A stretch of 64,000 nucleotides of DNA from Gekko japonicus. Lineage: Eukaryota. Position numbers and translations under genes: made by a program. The notes beneath the pieces are model-generated. The model was not told the DNA's origin. It was given only the letters and a program-made list of their open reading frames with translations, and did not search any database. The stretch covers positions 1,523,900 through 1,587,899 of the forward strand of contig NW_015173673.1 of assembly GCF_001447785.1 (NCBI RefSeq), in the 5' to 3' direction. This document shows, piece by piece, positions 14,069 through 26,879 of the stretch (its first letter is position 1; every line of letters starts with the position of its first letter).

Positions 14069-14631
14069 TATCCAGAATCTTAACTGCTGTTGGTGTAAAA
14101 CCCCCAAGATAAATCAGACCCAGAGTGGGTAACAAATATAAAACCATTTAAAATCAAGATAATATAAAGACCTCAAGCAATTTTTTAAAAAACCCAGGCA
14201 GCAAACTTTTCAAGTGTGCCGTAATTCATCCAGTGAACTATTCCATAGGACTAGGACAGCTACTGAAAAGCCCTATTTGTGATCAGCAGTGGAATGAACA
14301 TGTGCAGAGGTCAGAACAACCAACAAATGCTGTTGGGTAGAAATCAGAACAGGAAAGGCAATCCTTCAAGTATGATGAACTTTTATATTCTGTACACAGT
14401 CACTATCACAGGCTGAGTGCTACGTAAATGTCAAACTGTAGCAACTCAAGCAAGATTTGACTTTCCATTTGTACAAGCAAGTATTTTCAAGGCAAGATAC
14501 AAGGCTCAGAATTTGTCAGCTCTGGCTTCTGTACTCCTTCCTGGGAGCAGAGAAAAGTCTAGAGAAAACAGGCTATGTTGGTTAAACATGCTCCACAGTC
14601 ATCTCTCACTTCCCCCCTTTATCCCTAACAT

Positions 14632-14712
14632 GTAGCCTGAAGAAGAGTTCAGTGCAGTGTGGAAACCTGCATCCTGCATTTTAAACCACTGCTGGTCCAA
14701 CAAAACAGTGTT
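14632..14712 (+). mobile_element. highly decayed Penelope-like terminal-repeat remnant
   Basis: cctgaagaagagttc...ggaaacctg...ctggtccaacaaaa resembles the reptile PLE terminus CTGAAGAAGAGCTC...GAAAGCTTG...TTGGTCCAATAAAA. Confidence 0.4.
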
Positions 14713-16460
14713 TTGGTTTTCTTTTTTTCTTGTTCTTTAGGGTCCACATAGCCAATTTTCTGTAAAACAGTGGCTAAAAGAGAAGCCCACTGTTCTCAGA
14801 AGCGCAGAGGCTTCTTTCTATACGTATGTGTGTGTGATATTCTGAAAACCTGTTCAAATCCTTATCTTCTTTTCAAGTTTTCCTATATATTACTAAGGAA
14901 AAGCCTCTTAGCATTCCCAGAGACTAGTGTGAAAAACCTGGCTACAATTCTGTGGTAAAAGAAGAGCCAGCTTGCCCAAGTGACCACCCTTTCTCCTAAC
15001 CCCAATATATATCCACCAACGAAGGAATTCAGGAATAGTGCACGTGTGTATAGTCTTCCAGACAGAGAAGGAGGGAAAGTGTGAAGTAACAGGGACAGTG
15101 TGAAGTACAAAAGAAAGCTGATCTCTCCATAATTTCTGCTGAGCTCAGAATGGACACGAACCTTCTGTCAAGAGGCTGAACAAGACAGGATTAAAATCCT
15201 GAGCCACCACTGACCATGAGATTAACATCTGCAGGAAATTAAAGTGCCTGTGGGAGAAGGCCTTTTTCTTTTCCACTGAGACAAAAAAAAAAAGGGATCT
15301 GGATTAGAATGAGAAGGGATGGAGACAAGCTGCCACCCACATGCGACTGTTCCTGGCTGGATTCTGGAAAAGATCTCTTCAAAGGAATCCCTCTCTTTGT
15401 CTCACACTGTGCATTTCTTTTTCTCCAAAGCACAGATGAAGAGAGTTATGCTTATTCATGTTCTTAGATAATGGATCTCGTGCATTGAGGTCTGCCCAAG
15501 GAAGCTCAGCTTCCTTCTGTACTAAAGAGAAAGGCACACAGCAAAGTTATAGCTGCCTTTGTTCTGCTAAGAGATATATTTATGCTACTCAGTATTAGCA
15601 CTATCAGATTACTCGGGTTCTAGTCTCAATGGAATCAGAAACCTGACCCAGCCCAGTCACAATGGATTAGCCCCTTTCACCCTACTAAGTGTTGCTCTTC
15701 CATCACTCTGGATGATTAGGCTCCATGATGGCTACCATCTTTGAATAATATTGATGAGAGAATCTGCTAAGCTCCAGAACTAGGAGTCTGTACACTCTGA
15801 GATGAAATAATTGAAGACTCTTGGGGCACCTTCAGGAATAACAAATTTATTATAAGTTTACATGAGACTGAACCCATGAAAATATATGAAGCGCTGCATT
15901 TACTTGGCAGAAAGATTTATACCTAGAGCTACAAATGGCAGAAGGAGGAAGAAGGAAGTTATTATTTGCTAATATTATTACAGATCTCCTTTAAATAAGT
16001 GTTTTTCTGAACCATTCCATTGGTGTTTGTTAGTAAGCAGGAGATATTTGAGAGCTACACAGCTCTGTACAAGGAGAGAACAGAAAGCCAAGTTTCCCAA
16101 GACAACGTGTGTTACTTTACAAAATACTGCAGGTAAAAACCATATCTCTTATACTCAGAGTAAGTGTAGACCACTCTCAACTGGGCAGCCAACTTGAAAT
16201 TCACATGCAGATTTGATACAAATCGGTTTAGGACTCAACAGAGACTTGAGGTGGTTAGCTCATTGCAAAAAGTAATTTCTTCTCCTTATAGGTTTATGTA
16301 TACTATTTAGATTCATTTTATCAACAGCTGGGAGTGTTAACACATCTCGTTATGGGAAACTGGGCCTTCTAACCTTTGCTTTTAATACCTTCTTCCCCCA
16401 CGCCCTTCTGCTGCTTGCATCCTTGGGTATAAATCTTCCCTCTAACCAGAAGTAACTTCA

Positions 16461-16580
16461 GGCATCTGACAAAGTAAGCTCTAGCTCATGAAAGCTCATA
16501 CCATAATGTCTTTGTTAGTCTTTAAAGAGCCACAAGACTGTTTTGTTATTTTTGAATGAAGCATACTTAGACACCTACCC
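16461..16580 (+). mobile_element. Penelope-like terminal-repeat remnant with decayed minimal hammerhead motif
   Basis: ggcat-CTGACAA-a-gtaagct-ct-agctcat-GAAA-gctc-atacc, then tttgttagtctttaaagagccacaagact. Confidence 0.7.
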
Positions 16581-16892
16581 CTTTAGATCTAGACATGACA
16601 TGGCAAATAGCATACAGATGTATATAGATCACTTGACAACGCAGCTTCCCCAGCAACAGGAAGTACTTAAAAGAACAGGAGTCTGTTACACAAGAAGTTG
16701 CCACTACTGTCACTGATGCAATACCACAATTGCTGTGTGATGCTGATTATAATCTAGGTAGTCCATTTAGGAGCAGTACACTGCTTATGTTGACTGTGAG
16801 GCTGGATGTTCTAATTCATAGGCAAGCAAACAGAGGGGGGTGCAGTATGATATGGATGCACACAGAATAGAATTACTGCAACCAGTGCATCT

Positions 16893-17350
16893 AACAAGCA
16901 TGTATTAACTATATTAATGCTTTTACAAATTGTATTCACAGAAAGATAAAGCCAATGTTAATAAAGATGGATAGATGATGAGACGAACTCCCCTGGAGTT
17001 GACATTCGTTTCGATGATACGTCTTTTTCACATCAAGCAAATGTGTCTTCATAAGGACATGGGTCTCCCAAAACTGATTCTTCCTTAACTCCCATACATA
17101 GTGAAGTTATTCATAAGATGTTCAACTTATGAATAACTTCACTATGTATGGGAGTTAAGGAAGAATCAGTTTTGGGAGACCCATGTCCTCATGAAGACAC
17201 ATTTGCTTGATGTGAAAAAGACGTATCATTGAAACGAATGTCAACTCTGGGGGAGTTCGTCTCATCATCTATCCATTTTTATTAACATTGGCTTTATCTT
17301 TCTGTGAATACAATTTGTAAAAGCATTAATATAGTTAATACATGCTTGTT
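16893..17350. repeat. 458-bp near-perfect palindrome (225-bp arms, 8-nt spacer)
   Basis: 16893-17117 is the reverse complement of 17126-17350 with 5 mismatches by manual alignment. Spacer is atgttcaa; ATCT flanks both sides. Confidence 0.97.
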
Positions 17351-17899
17351 ATCTGTTTCATAGGCAAAGCAGAAAACATGCTAGGAAACCCACAAATGGA
17401 TCTTGCTGCTTTTTTAAACAATAAGGAATGCTCAGAAGTTTAATTCATGAATCAGGCAACACTAACTTGGCCCATACTGAGAGTCCAACACTCACAATCC
17501 CTTCACTCCACCCCGTGTGGAAGACCCTCAAGACTGCATTGCATATTACAGTTTTTCTCAGATTTTATGGGTCTTGATGGCCCATACCTGCAACATGCCC
17601 TGATCAGTACTCTGTGGTCAGCTTGAGGTAAGGGATAGAAAAACATGTGCTGCTGTTTAAGTGCCTAAGGATGCTTCCTTACATGACAAGCATTCTCCAT
17701 GTTCCTTTCACTGCTGCTGCAAACGCAGAGGTGTTTGAACTGACAATGGCGTGTCCACACAGGAGCTTTTAACACACTTTCTTCCATTAGCTCCTCCTGG
17801 ATATCCATTTCCTCCCCTTCCCCCACACTGCTGCTCCACCAGATGACCCTTGTGGGGCTTTAAAAAAATCAATAATTGCTGAAGCGCCATAGCAGTTGT

Positions 17900-18072
17900 G
17901 CGTGTGTAAAGTGCCGTCAAGCCACAGCTGACTTATGGCAACCCCAGCAAGGGGCTTTCAAGGCAAATGAGGTGGTTTGCCATTGCCTGCCTCTAAAGTC
18001 TTCCTTGGTGGCCTCCCTTCTAAGTACTGATGCTGCTTATCTTCTGAGATCTGACGAGATCAGGCTATACCA
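17900..18072 (-). mobile_element. 5S rRNA-derived SINE
   Basis: cttctgagatctgacgagatcaggcta is the reverse complement of the 5S head; the tail is shared with 4937-5133. Confidence 0.8.
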
Positions 18073-20092
18073 CGAGACTTTGCCTCCTGCTATAGTAATT
18101 ATCAGGGTTTGTTTTTTTTTTTAAAAGAAACCCTCAGAACAATATTCATGAACAGCTGACAGCAGGACAATGGCACCTTTGTAGGCAGGACATCCTCCTG
18201 CCCAGGTGGTGTGACAGCATACTTCCCTAAAAGATCGGAGCAACACAGGTTTGAGGAAGAGCATATGGAAAGAGGGGAAAGGATGAGGAGAGCATGTGTG
18301 TATTCTGCAATATTCTAGTTTGGAAGTCAACATGGGTTCCATATGGGCTGTGGAAGCAGTTTACGTCTTGGTTTGCCATTGATCGATACATTAAGGTATC
18401 TAGCTCTATGTAAGTCATTATTAAAGCAACGCTTCCTCAGAGATTCACAACACCTATAAATTCAAATGAATTATGACCACGGAGCTATTTTTTTTAAAAG
18501 CTCCTCTAAGCATTAACAGTAGCAGGATGAGGATTTCACAGCACAGGCTCCAAAATGAATGGCCATGTCAAGTCATAAATTATTTGTTTCCCACTCTTCT
18601 TCTCATTAAATGTTTGGCTAACAGATACTGACTCGTGGGAAGGCATTACACAAAGGACTCGAGAATAGGCACAATTTCTAAAATGTGGGGTGCAGGTACT
18701 AATCCTTGCCAATAAGTATACCTATGGGACTGGAGACATGGCTTTTAGTCCCAGATTTGGGGAGGGGGCGGCAACTTTGGTTGAGCAATGGTAATAGAAA
18801 CATCCTCTTCACATACCCAGAGGCATTCATGTGTTTATTATTTCACATGTTCCAGAAATGAGAACATATTTTGGCTCAGATTATAAAACTCTCATGTAAA
18901 TCATTAGAAGTCTTTAGAAATGCTTGATTTTGTGAGGATGGTAACTTCTAATTGCTTGAAAGCAATGCCTTACTTACTTAATAATGATGTTCATGCTTTA
19001 TGTAAACATATGGGCTGTTAATTCAAAGGTAGGAAGGATCAGAAACTTTCTGACTTCAAGCATTCCCTTGGGATCTGGCTGGGAATACAAAACACTCCGT
19101 AGCAGACTGTGTATCTCTATTATGTTGCAAGAACATATGTGAATGTAATATAGTTTTGTTGAGTGCATGCCATGGGATTTTTAATTGACTGTGCCTGGTT
19201 CATGCGTTGGTGGAGTGGTTTCATTACCATGCATTCCTGGTTTCAGAAACGCTATGCCTTAATAGTAAAGAGTGAGCAACCCTGCTACCATAACTTTAAG
19301 GAGAAGTGGGACAAGCAATTTACCTTTCACATTTTGTTGTTGGTTGAGTAATGCTTATGTATGTATACAGCACATTTCCTCCAAAGTGCTTCATATACAT
19401 TAACTCGCAATTCTCTTTAATATCTCTGTAGGTAGGCGGGGGGGTGTGTACCCTGATATTGCAGATGAGGGAGGGGGAGAATAGCAGCTTGCTTAAAGTC
19501 ACTAACAGTGTAACTCTTTGCATGTTTACTCAGAAGTAAATCCCATGGAGTTCGATTGGACTTGCTGTAAACAGAACTACACCCTTCTACATTCATTGAG
19601 TTCAATGGACTTAGAATGATATAACTGTTCCCAGCATGCACTATTAGTCTGTGGCCAACCTGAGGTTTGAACCAGGAACTTCCTCACTCAAATGTCATGC
19701 TCTTAGACCATACACCAAACATTTCTCAAAATATGGAGGTAGCAAAATATTTCTTTAGCCCACTAACCTTGTCAGTTTATGGCAAGTTACAATTTAAAGC
19801 TAATATCCATCCAGATAAAACCTGACTATATATATAATATATGCTAAAATTCCAGGCTCATAAATATGTAACTCTCAAATTTTAAATAATCCCATGGAGT
19901 TATATGTGAAGTCAGTGGTCTTTGATCTTTTCCAACCAAGAGCCACTTATTACTCCAGGCTGATACGGGAGATGATTTTTTAAAAACTGTGTTATGTTTG
20001 TCCTTCTCCTTTTCTCTCTTTCTCTCCACTCCCCACTGTTCTCTCTGTCCCACTCACCCCCAAGAAATAAGATGGTGGTGGTGGTGCCTACA

Positions 20093-20308
20093 TGGGGTCG
20101 CTAGCCTTCAACTGGGTCCTGGAGATCTCCTGGAATTACAATTGATTTACAGGCTATAGAGAGCAGTTCCCCTGGAGAAAATGGCTGCTTTGGAGGGTGG
20201 ACACTATGGCTTTATATCCCACTGAAGTCCCTCACCTATCTAAACCCCTTCTCCCAGGCTCCACCCCTAAATCTCCAGGAATTTTCCAACTCAGAATTGG
20301 CAACCTTA
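20093..20308. mobile_element. hAT (Blackjack-like) MITE
   Basis: Decayed TAGGGTTGCCA-type TIR ending ttggcaacctta; homologous to 31668-31871. Confidence 0.7.
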
Positions 20309-20339
20309 TCGGTAACCCAATTTTGACTCCTCCTGACCC

Positions 20340-20555
20340 ACTTTTATTTATTTATTTATTTTATCACATTTTTCTACTATAGTTCCTCCAAAGCATTCAA
20401 GATGACATGCATGGGTCTTTCCACTTGGAGACAAGCGAAGCGGAGAGAGAACAAGTGGCTCAAAGTCAGCCAGTGAGTTTCATGGTGAGACAGGATTTGG
20501 AACCTGGGTCTCCCCAGCTGCAGTCCAGCACTCTAGCTACAACCCCACACTGGCA
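20340..20555 (-). mobile_element. Squam3/MIR-like SINE
   Basis: (TTTA)n tail, ggctcaaagtcagccagtgagtttcatgg, ggatttggaacctgggtctcc. Confidence 0.6.
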
Positions 20556-20813
20556 CTCACTAAATGAAGACCAATGAGGTTATACCAACAGGCACACATC
20601 ATGTTTTGCCTACTTATAAGGTACTTATAGATACATGAGATATTGTATCGTGGCATTTTGATGAGATCATACCAATGGAGATATCCTGGCCTGAAAGGCA
20701 ACATTGTTATAAGACTTAAAAAAATTAACACAGAAATCAAATCACACAGACTCCAACATCATAGAAAGCAAATCCTGCCATAGCATCAGAAACATCGCTG
20801 CATATTCATATTG

Positions 20814-21232
20814 AACAAAGTTTGAATCCGGTGGCACCTTTTAAGAATAAAATTTTGTTGGCCTTAAAGGTGCCACTGGACTGAACTTCGTTCTTAAGAA
20901 CATAAGAACATAAGAGACACCAATGTTGGATCAGGCCAAAGGCCCATCCAGTCCAACACTCTGTATCACACAGTGGCCAGAAATACCAGTGCCATCAGGA
21001 GGTCCATCAGTGGGGCCAGGACATTAGAAGCCCTCCCACTGTTGAACCCCGCAAGCACCAGGACGACAGAGCATCACTTGCCCCAGAGCCCCTATCTATA
21101 CCTTGTGACTAATAGCCACTGATGGACCTCTGCTCCATATGCTTATCTAATTCCCTTTTGAAGCCGTCCATGCTTGTAGCCGCCACCACTTCCTGTGGCA
21201 GCTTCAGACCAACATGGCTACCCATCTGCATA
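20814..21232 (+). mobile_element. miniature fold-back Penelope-type insertion, interrupted by a CR1
   Basis: Inverted pair tccggtggcaccttt / aaaggtgccactgga; tail gcttcagaccaacatggctacccatctg; 13-bp TSD catattcatattg (20801-20813, 21233-21245). Confidence 0.8.
20895..21201 (-). mobile_element. 5'-truncated CR1 LINE 3' end
   Basis: Octamer tail (taagaaca)n followed by gttggatcaggccaaaggcccatccagtcca; homologous to 61890-62117. Confidence 0.85.
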
Positions 21233-21339
21233 CATATTCATATTGTATGGCAGCTAATAGGCCTAAACTAGGCTTGGGCAATTTGTGATCCACCAGGCCA
21301 AATGTAGCCCACTATCCTGACAGATCATATCAATGATCA

Positions 21340-21510
21340 GGGAGACGCTGTGTCTCAGTCGCAGAGCACCTACTTGGCATGCAGAAGGTTCCAGGTTAAA
21401 TTTTTGGCATCTCCCATTAAAAGACCCCAACCTGGGACCCTGGAGAACCAGCGCCAGTCTGCATGGATAATACTGACTTTGATGGACCAATGGTTTGATT
21501 CAGTATATGG
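21340..21510 (+). mobile_element. tRNA-derived SINE with CR1-like tail
   Basis: A-box-like gtctcagtcgcagagc, B-box-like ggttaaattt, tail gatggaccaatggtttgattcagtata. Confidence 0.65.
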
Positions 21511-21639
21511 ATCATTAGACAGGGCCTCAACACACCTCCTATTTTTGCTGCCAATCCAGGATATTTAAAAAAAAACAACAACAACACCTGGAGGGATGTT
21601 AAATTCATGGAGATTACAAAACATGGAAAGTCAGCTTAG

Positions 21640-21820
21640 AAGGGACTATGGCTCAGTGGTAGAATATCTGCTTGGCAGCTTCAATCCCCAGAACATCCAG
21701 TTAAAAGGACTGGGTAGTAGGTGATGTGAAAATCTCTGCCTAAGACTCTGGTGAGCCACTGCCAATATTTACTCTGATGGACCAAGGGCCTGATTCAGTA
21801 TAAGGCTAATTCATGTGTTC
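21640..21820 (+). mobile_element. tRNA-derived SINE, same family as 21340-21510
   Basis: tggctcagtggtagaatatctgcttggc...ttcaatcccc...gatggaccaagggcctgattcagtataagg. Confidence 0.7.
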
Positions 21821-23564
21821 AGCTGTATTCAGCTTGGTGCAGGTCCGAACTAAACCAATGACCCAATCCTGAACATCCACACACTGAGCAACATCAAGAC
21901 TTTACAATAAACTAGGGTATTTAGCATAATGCAAAGCAGTTAGGGTTGCCATGAACCTTGAATGTTGTTCAGATTGCTTGCTAGTTATGCAAATCGAAGG
22001 CATCAATTTGGGAACTATCTACCAATTGTTCTGTGTTTGCTGCTGGCACATACCACAACCTTAGGAAAACTGTTTCAAACTAGGAAAGAGTTGGAGCTGC
22101 AGAAGCAGGGACAGTAGGACAGAACAGCTGGCACATTGCTGTGCTATTAGAGTCGAAAAAGAAAGGCAGGCGGACAGATAAGAAAGGGTGAATTTCAATC
22201 CCTATCACAAAGGCTGTTTTGCTGGATTCTTCAGCCGGGACTACATTTTAAAGGACCTGCATATGTAAGCGGGGCTAGAATATATAGTTATTTCTACATG
22301 TGAAATACTGAAAGGAAAGCATGGAAGGGACAGGAAAAAGCCTCATTCACCTGACCACTTTGAAACTTGACCCATTTGTTGTGGGCCATGATTTCCAAAA
22401 AGGGATCAGTCCAGTGGCTTCTTAAATCTCCTGGAGATTTTGGTTTTCCAGCTACTAACATTACTAAATAAATGAATGAGCAATGACTGAAGCCAGACAT
22501 CTTACAATTCAAAACCAAATCATGGTTTGGCAGTACTGGTCCAGGCAGGCCTGTTATGGCAACATAGATGAAGTCAAGCCCGAGATATTTACTATTCAGT
22601 TGCATGGATCAACAACCACAAGCAGAAATATACATGGAATTAGCTCAGGTCTGTGCACACAAGACATTGTGCAACACCTAGCATTTTCCTCCCTATATCT
22701 TACAGTGCCTAGAGAGTGGCTGCAAGCATCTATTATTCAAAATATACTATGTTTAACAGTGGAAAGGGGCTAGTGTGAGGTTTTTTAATTTCCCACTTCC
22801 ACTTGCACAAGAAATCTAGTGCATGTGGAAATCTTCCAGTGGATCCAAGTGAATATTTTTATTCTATTTCACTTTAGTTTGGTTCTAGTGTGTGTTGATT
22901 TTGTTATGCGCCCCAAATATTATGGACTGAACAGCCTAAAACAAAACAAACAAAACTCTAGAGTAGCAGTCTACAGTGTTTCCAGACACAGGGCACATCC
23001 TTAAACCTAGCTTGCAAAACAGAACCCACTCTTAATCTGTATATTTCTTTACCTTTGTTATATCTGTCTATCCAGACTGCCTACAGTCTCCCCCTTTCTC
23101 TTTCTCTCTGTCCATCTTTCTCCTTTCCTCTCTCCCCCTCCCCCCGCAAAAGATGGTGCTGCTAATTAATTCTACTGTAGCTCAGGTTGTCACCCAAATG
23201 CAAATCATAACTCACCAACTGAAGACTGATGTCTAAACAAATAGATAAATAAACAAGCAATCCTCTTAAGGAAAAATATCTCAGGTAGGGGTTTACTTGG
23301 CTTCTTAACAGCTTAAGAACACAGATAGGCTTTTTAGTGACTCTGCAGGGTCTGTTCACCTGCACAAAGAGGGCAACATGGAGTTCCATTTCTTTTTTTA
23401 ATCAAAAAGCAGCTGCAGGAGATTGCAATCAGGAGCAAAGAGAAGGTGAGTGGGGGAAAGGCTGCATAACCTTTTCCTGGCAGCCATTTTCCCTCTCAGC
23501 CTTGCCCTCCTCTAAATACCTGTTTGTACCAAGGGGAAAAGTAGCTTTGGGAAGGAGCATGGAT

Positions 23565-26337
23565 AAAAACAGGTTGCTTACCTGTAACTGATGATCTTCG
23601 AGTGGTCATCTGTGCATTCACACCCATGGGTTTAGTGCGCACGCGCTGGATCGATCGGTGCTGTAGCAAGCTCTTTTAATGGATTTTCACGCCCAGACCT
23701 CGGGCATGCGCAGGAACCCCACCGCGCACTTTGCCTGCTTACTGAAATGTTTCTGAAATGTGGGCTTCTGGCCTCCAGAGGATGTACGTGGCCTCCATTG
23801 CCGGTCAGGAGATTGACGGTTTGGGGTGCGTTTTTGCCAGGGTCTAGGTCGGTATTGCTGCCTCATGGATGAAGAAATGCCCAGAGCACGAGAAACTTTT
23901 ATGCTTTTATTCATATCTTGTATTATGGTGTCTGTGGCACTATTAAACAGACCAAGGCCATCTAAGGAGAGGTCCTCTACGTATGACCTAGTATCTGGCT
24001 GTAGATTGGTGTTACGTAGCCAGGAATGTCTTCGGAGAGCTATTGCTGAAGCCATTGTCCTTGAGCAGGTGTCTAGGGCATGTTTAGAGGTATTAATTTG
24101 TTGTTTCGCCAGCACCATGCCCTCCTTCTGGATGATGTGGGCTGCCTGACGCTTGTCTTCTGGAAGGTTTGCCAGAAGCTCAGAAAGCCTCTCCCACAAA
24201 GTGTATTGGTATCTACTCATACACGCTAAGTAGTTGGTGGTCTTCACCCCTAGCTCTCCAGTACAGTAGAAACGTCGCCCGAATGCATCTAGCTTTCTGT
24301 TCTCCCTGTCTGAGGGGGCAGAATGGGTTCTTTTTGACTTGGATGAGGAAGATACCACCATTTAATTTGGTTGAGGATGGGCAAATAAGAATTCTGCTCC
24401 TGTTTCTTGGACTCTGTACATATGGTCCAAGTGACGTGTAGACAGTGGACCCAATGACGGTTTATCCCATGGAACATTAGCTGCCTGTAACAGGACCATG
24501 GACATGGGTAGTGCTATAGCCATCGATGCATCTAGCTGCACGACATCGAAGACGGCATCTGTAATCTGTGGTTGCGGTGTACGACAGAAAGACCAAGGGA
24601 GTGTGCCATTCTTTTCCTCCATAGGAGGTTAAATTCTCAGATGGAGATATAGGTTAGTCATCGGCTACTGCCTGGTTCGGCAAAGGCTGATCAGGGGAGC
24701 TGTGTACATCTGAAACCCCCATATCAGAATCCTCATCCGCTGAGTCCGAGGAATTGGGCTCTGGCAATTGTACCTGAGTGGTTTTGATCTGACCAGTCGG
24801 ATCTGTTGACGGTGGGTTAGGGGGACTGGGAGGATGATACTGATCCGGTCGATGTCGAGGAGGATCCGGAGGATGGGAGAGAGATGCTTAAGGCCTCGAT
24901 CTATAGGGTGACCATGACCTGTGGGCAGAGTAACGATCCCAATCAGAGTAACCTGCTGGAGTCAACCATGGCATGGATGTGGGTGGATAAGCCCCATAGA
25001 GATAACGCAGCTGGCGGTGATCCCAGGAGAGAGCCGGAGGTGGTGGGGGCAGGAAGACTCATGGGGACCTACTCCTAGAGCGGGAGCATCTGGGAGAAAG
25101 TGTAGGATCTCGTCGCCATGTGCGGCCCCTATTAGCCCAATCATCGATATCGAAGGGCCGTTCCTCGACAAACAGATGGGGAGGATGACGTTGAGTGCTT
25201 TTAGGGATCTGTCGATGCCGATCTGGGTCGATATCAGCATGGAACTCCGAGACTGTCGAAGTCGATGACTGAGCAGAGGGAGAGCGATCCGTGCCCAGGG
25301 GACGACTGAGGATCTCGACATTATCGATGTCGGAGAAAGGACATATATCGACCAGCGTTTCATGGTCCAGCTGGTGTATGGGAGAATCCATTAGCTGGAT
25401 GGTCGGTATCGGTGGAGCGACCGGAGCCTCCGATTCCAATACTGCTGTTGGAGCGGGGGGCACGTTAGGGGCATTACCCAGTGCAGGACCCGCTACTTTG
25501 CCAGACTTCGCCGCCTTTAGGGCCTTAGAGGAGCCCTTTTTGGTCAACTTGTGCTCTTTACCCGACTTCTCCTTCTTCTTCAGGGGAGTGGATGCTGAAG
25601 ACTGTGCCGTCGGTGCCGAACGCTTCGATGTTGACTGGACGATATCGGACGAGGACTTCGATACCGGAGTCGTCAATGTTGATGGTCTCACCTCCACTTC
25701 TGAATCCAGGATGGAAGCGGGATTTAGCACCGTTTCCAGTAACGCCACCCGGAGACGCGTCGCTCATTTTTTTCTAGACTGATTTGAAAACTTGGCGCAG
25801 TGTCGACAAGACACTGGCCGGTGTGTCTCGCCAAGACAAAAAATGCAAAGGGTGTGGCCGTCAGGCTTACTGCTGCAACCCTTCCAACTCTTGAAAAAGC
25901 CCCACTTCTTCTCCATAAAATAAGCAGACGGAGAAGAAAAAGAGGTGTGGAGGGGGAAGCCCAAAGGCCAAAGTGAGGTAAACGAAAAAACTTCCCCCTC
26001 AACTAAAGAAGTCTCTCTCTTTTTTTGAAAGAAAACAACCAAAAACAAATGTAGAAGTGAAAAATAAAGAAAACTGAAGAGAAATCCGAAGAGCCTCTGA
26101 GGAAAAAACAGCTACCGATCAGACCGACGAAAGGAAGGTGCTTCCAGCGTGGCGGAAACAAAGGAACTGGTGGGATGTCCGCGCCCACCACCCTGGGCAT
26201 GCGTGGTAGGGTTCCTGCGCATGCCTGAGGTCTGGCCACGAAAATCCGTTAAGAGCTTGCTACAACGCCGATCGATCCAGCGCATGCGCACGGTATCCCA
26301 TGGGTGTGAAGCACAGAGACCACGTTGAAGATCATCA
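23565..26337 (-). mobile_element. DIRS1-type tyrosine-recombinase retrotransposon, internally deleted (gag only)
   Basis: Inverted terminal repeats at about 23589-23728 and 26199-26337. The 3' extension on the - strand reads gttacaggtaagcaacctgttttt. A gag-like ORF with N-terminal Cys/His motif lies between. No RT, RNaseH or YR sequence is visible. Confidence 0.85.
23730..25916 (-). pseudogene. disrupted DIRS ORF1 (gag-like)
   Basis: Consecutive broken frames: MEKKWGFFK..DGHTLCIFCLGETHRPVSCRHC; Ser/Pro/Arg-rich linker; ..LDHMYRVQETGAEFLFAHPQPN; ..RKLDAFGRRFY..MASAIALRRHSWLRN..DGLGLF, the conserved reptile DIRS gag block. Stops and frameshifts separate the segments. Confidence 0.8.
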
Positions 26338-26879
26338 GATTATATTATATACATGCTGTGCCCAATGCCTAATTTAAGTTACCACTAAATCATGACACCA
26401 CTAATCTCCTCCACCTCCCATGAACAGAGCTAGAGTTATAATGGTACAGGAACTGCCAACAAGAGAAAGCATCCAAATGTTTGTGCATGTATGTGGGGAG
26501 AGGGAGTGACTAGGAGATAATCTCCTTAAAGCATTCTCTATCCCTCACCTAACTCTGTTGCATTCTTGATAAAAGACTAATGCAGCTCAGCCCCGAGAAC
26601 ACCGATGGGGGTGCCTGTGTGGCTTCATGCATTCAAAGTGATATTATTGCCAGTATCTCCTGCAGCTCTTATGAGCCACGCTGCTCTAACAGAATCTTCT
26701 CCACTCCTTTGGCAATGCAGCTTGCAGCTGTGATCCTGGAGGCTGATGTAATGCAAGATCTGATCATAGGACTCCTGACTGCCTAACCCTTCCCTCAACT
26801 GACTTGTTGGATTATTAATATCTGTATTAATTGAATTGGCATTGGCATGGGCCAATATTAACAGAGTTGGCATCTACGT

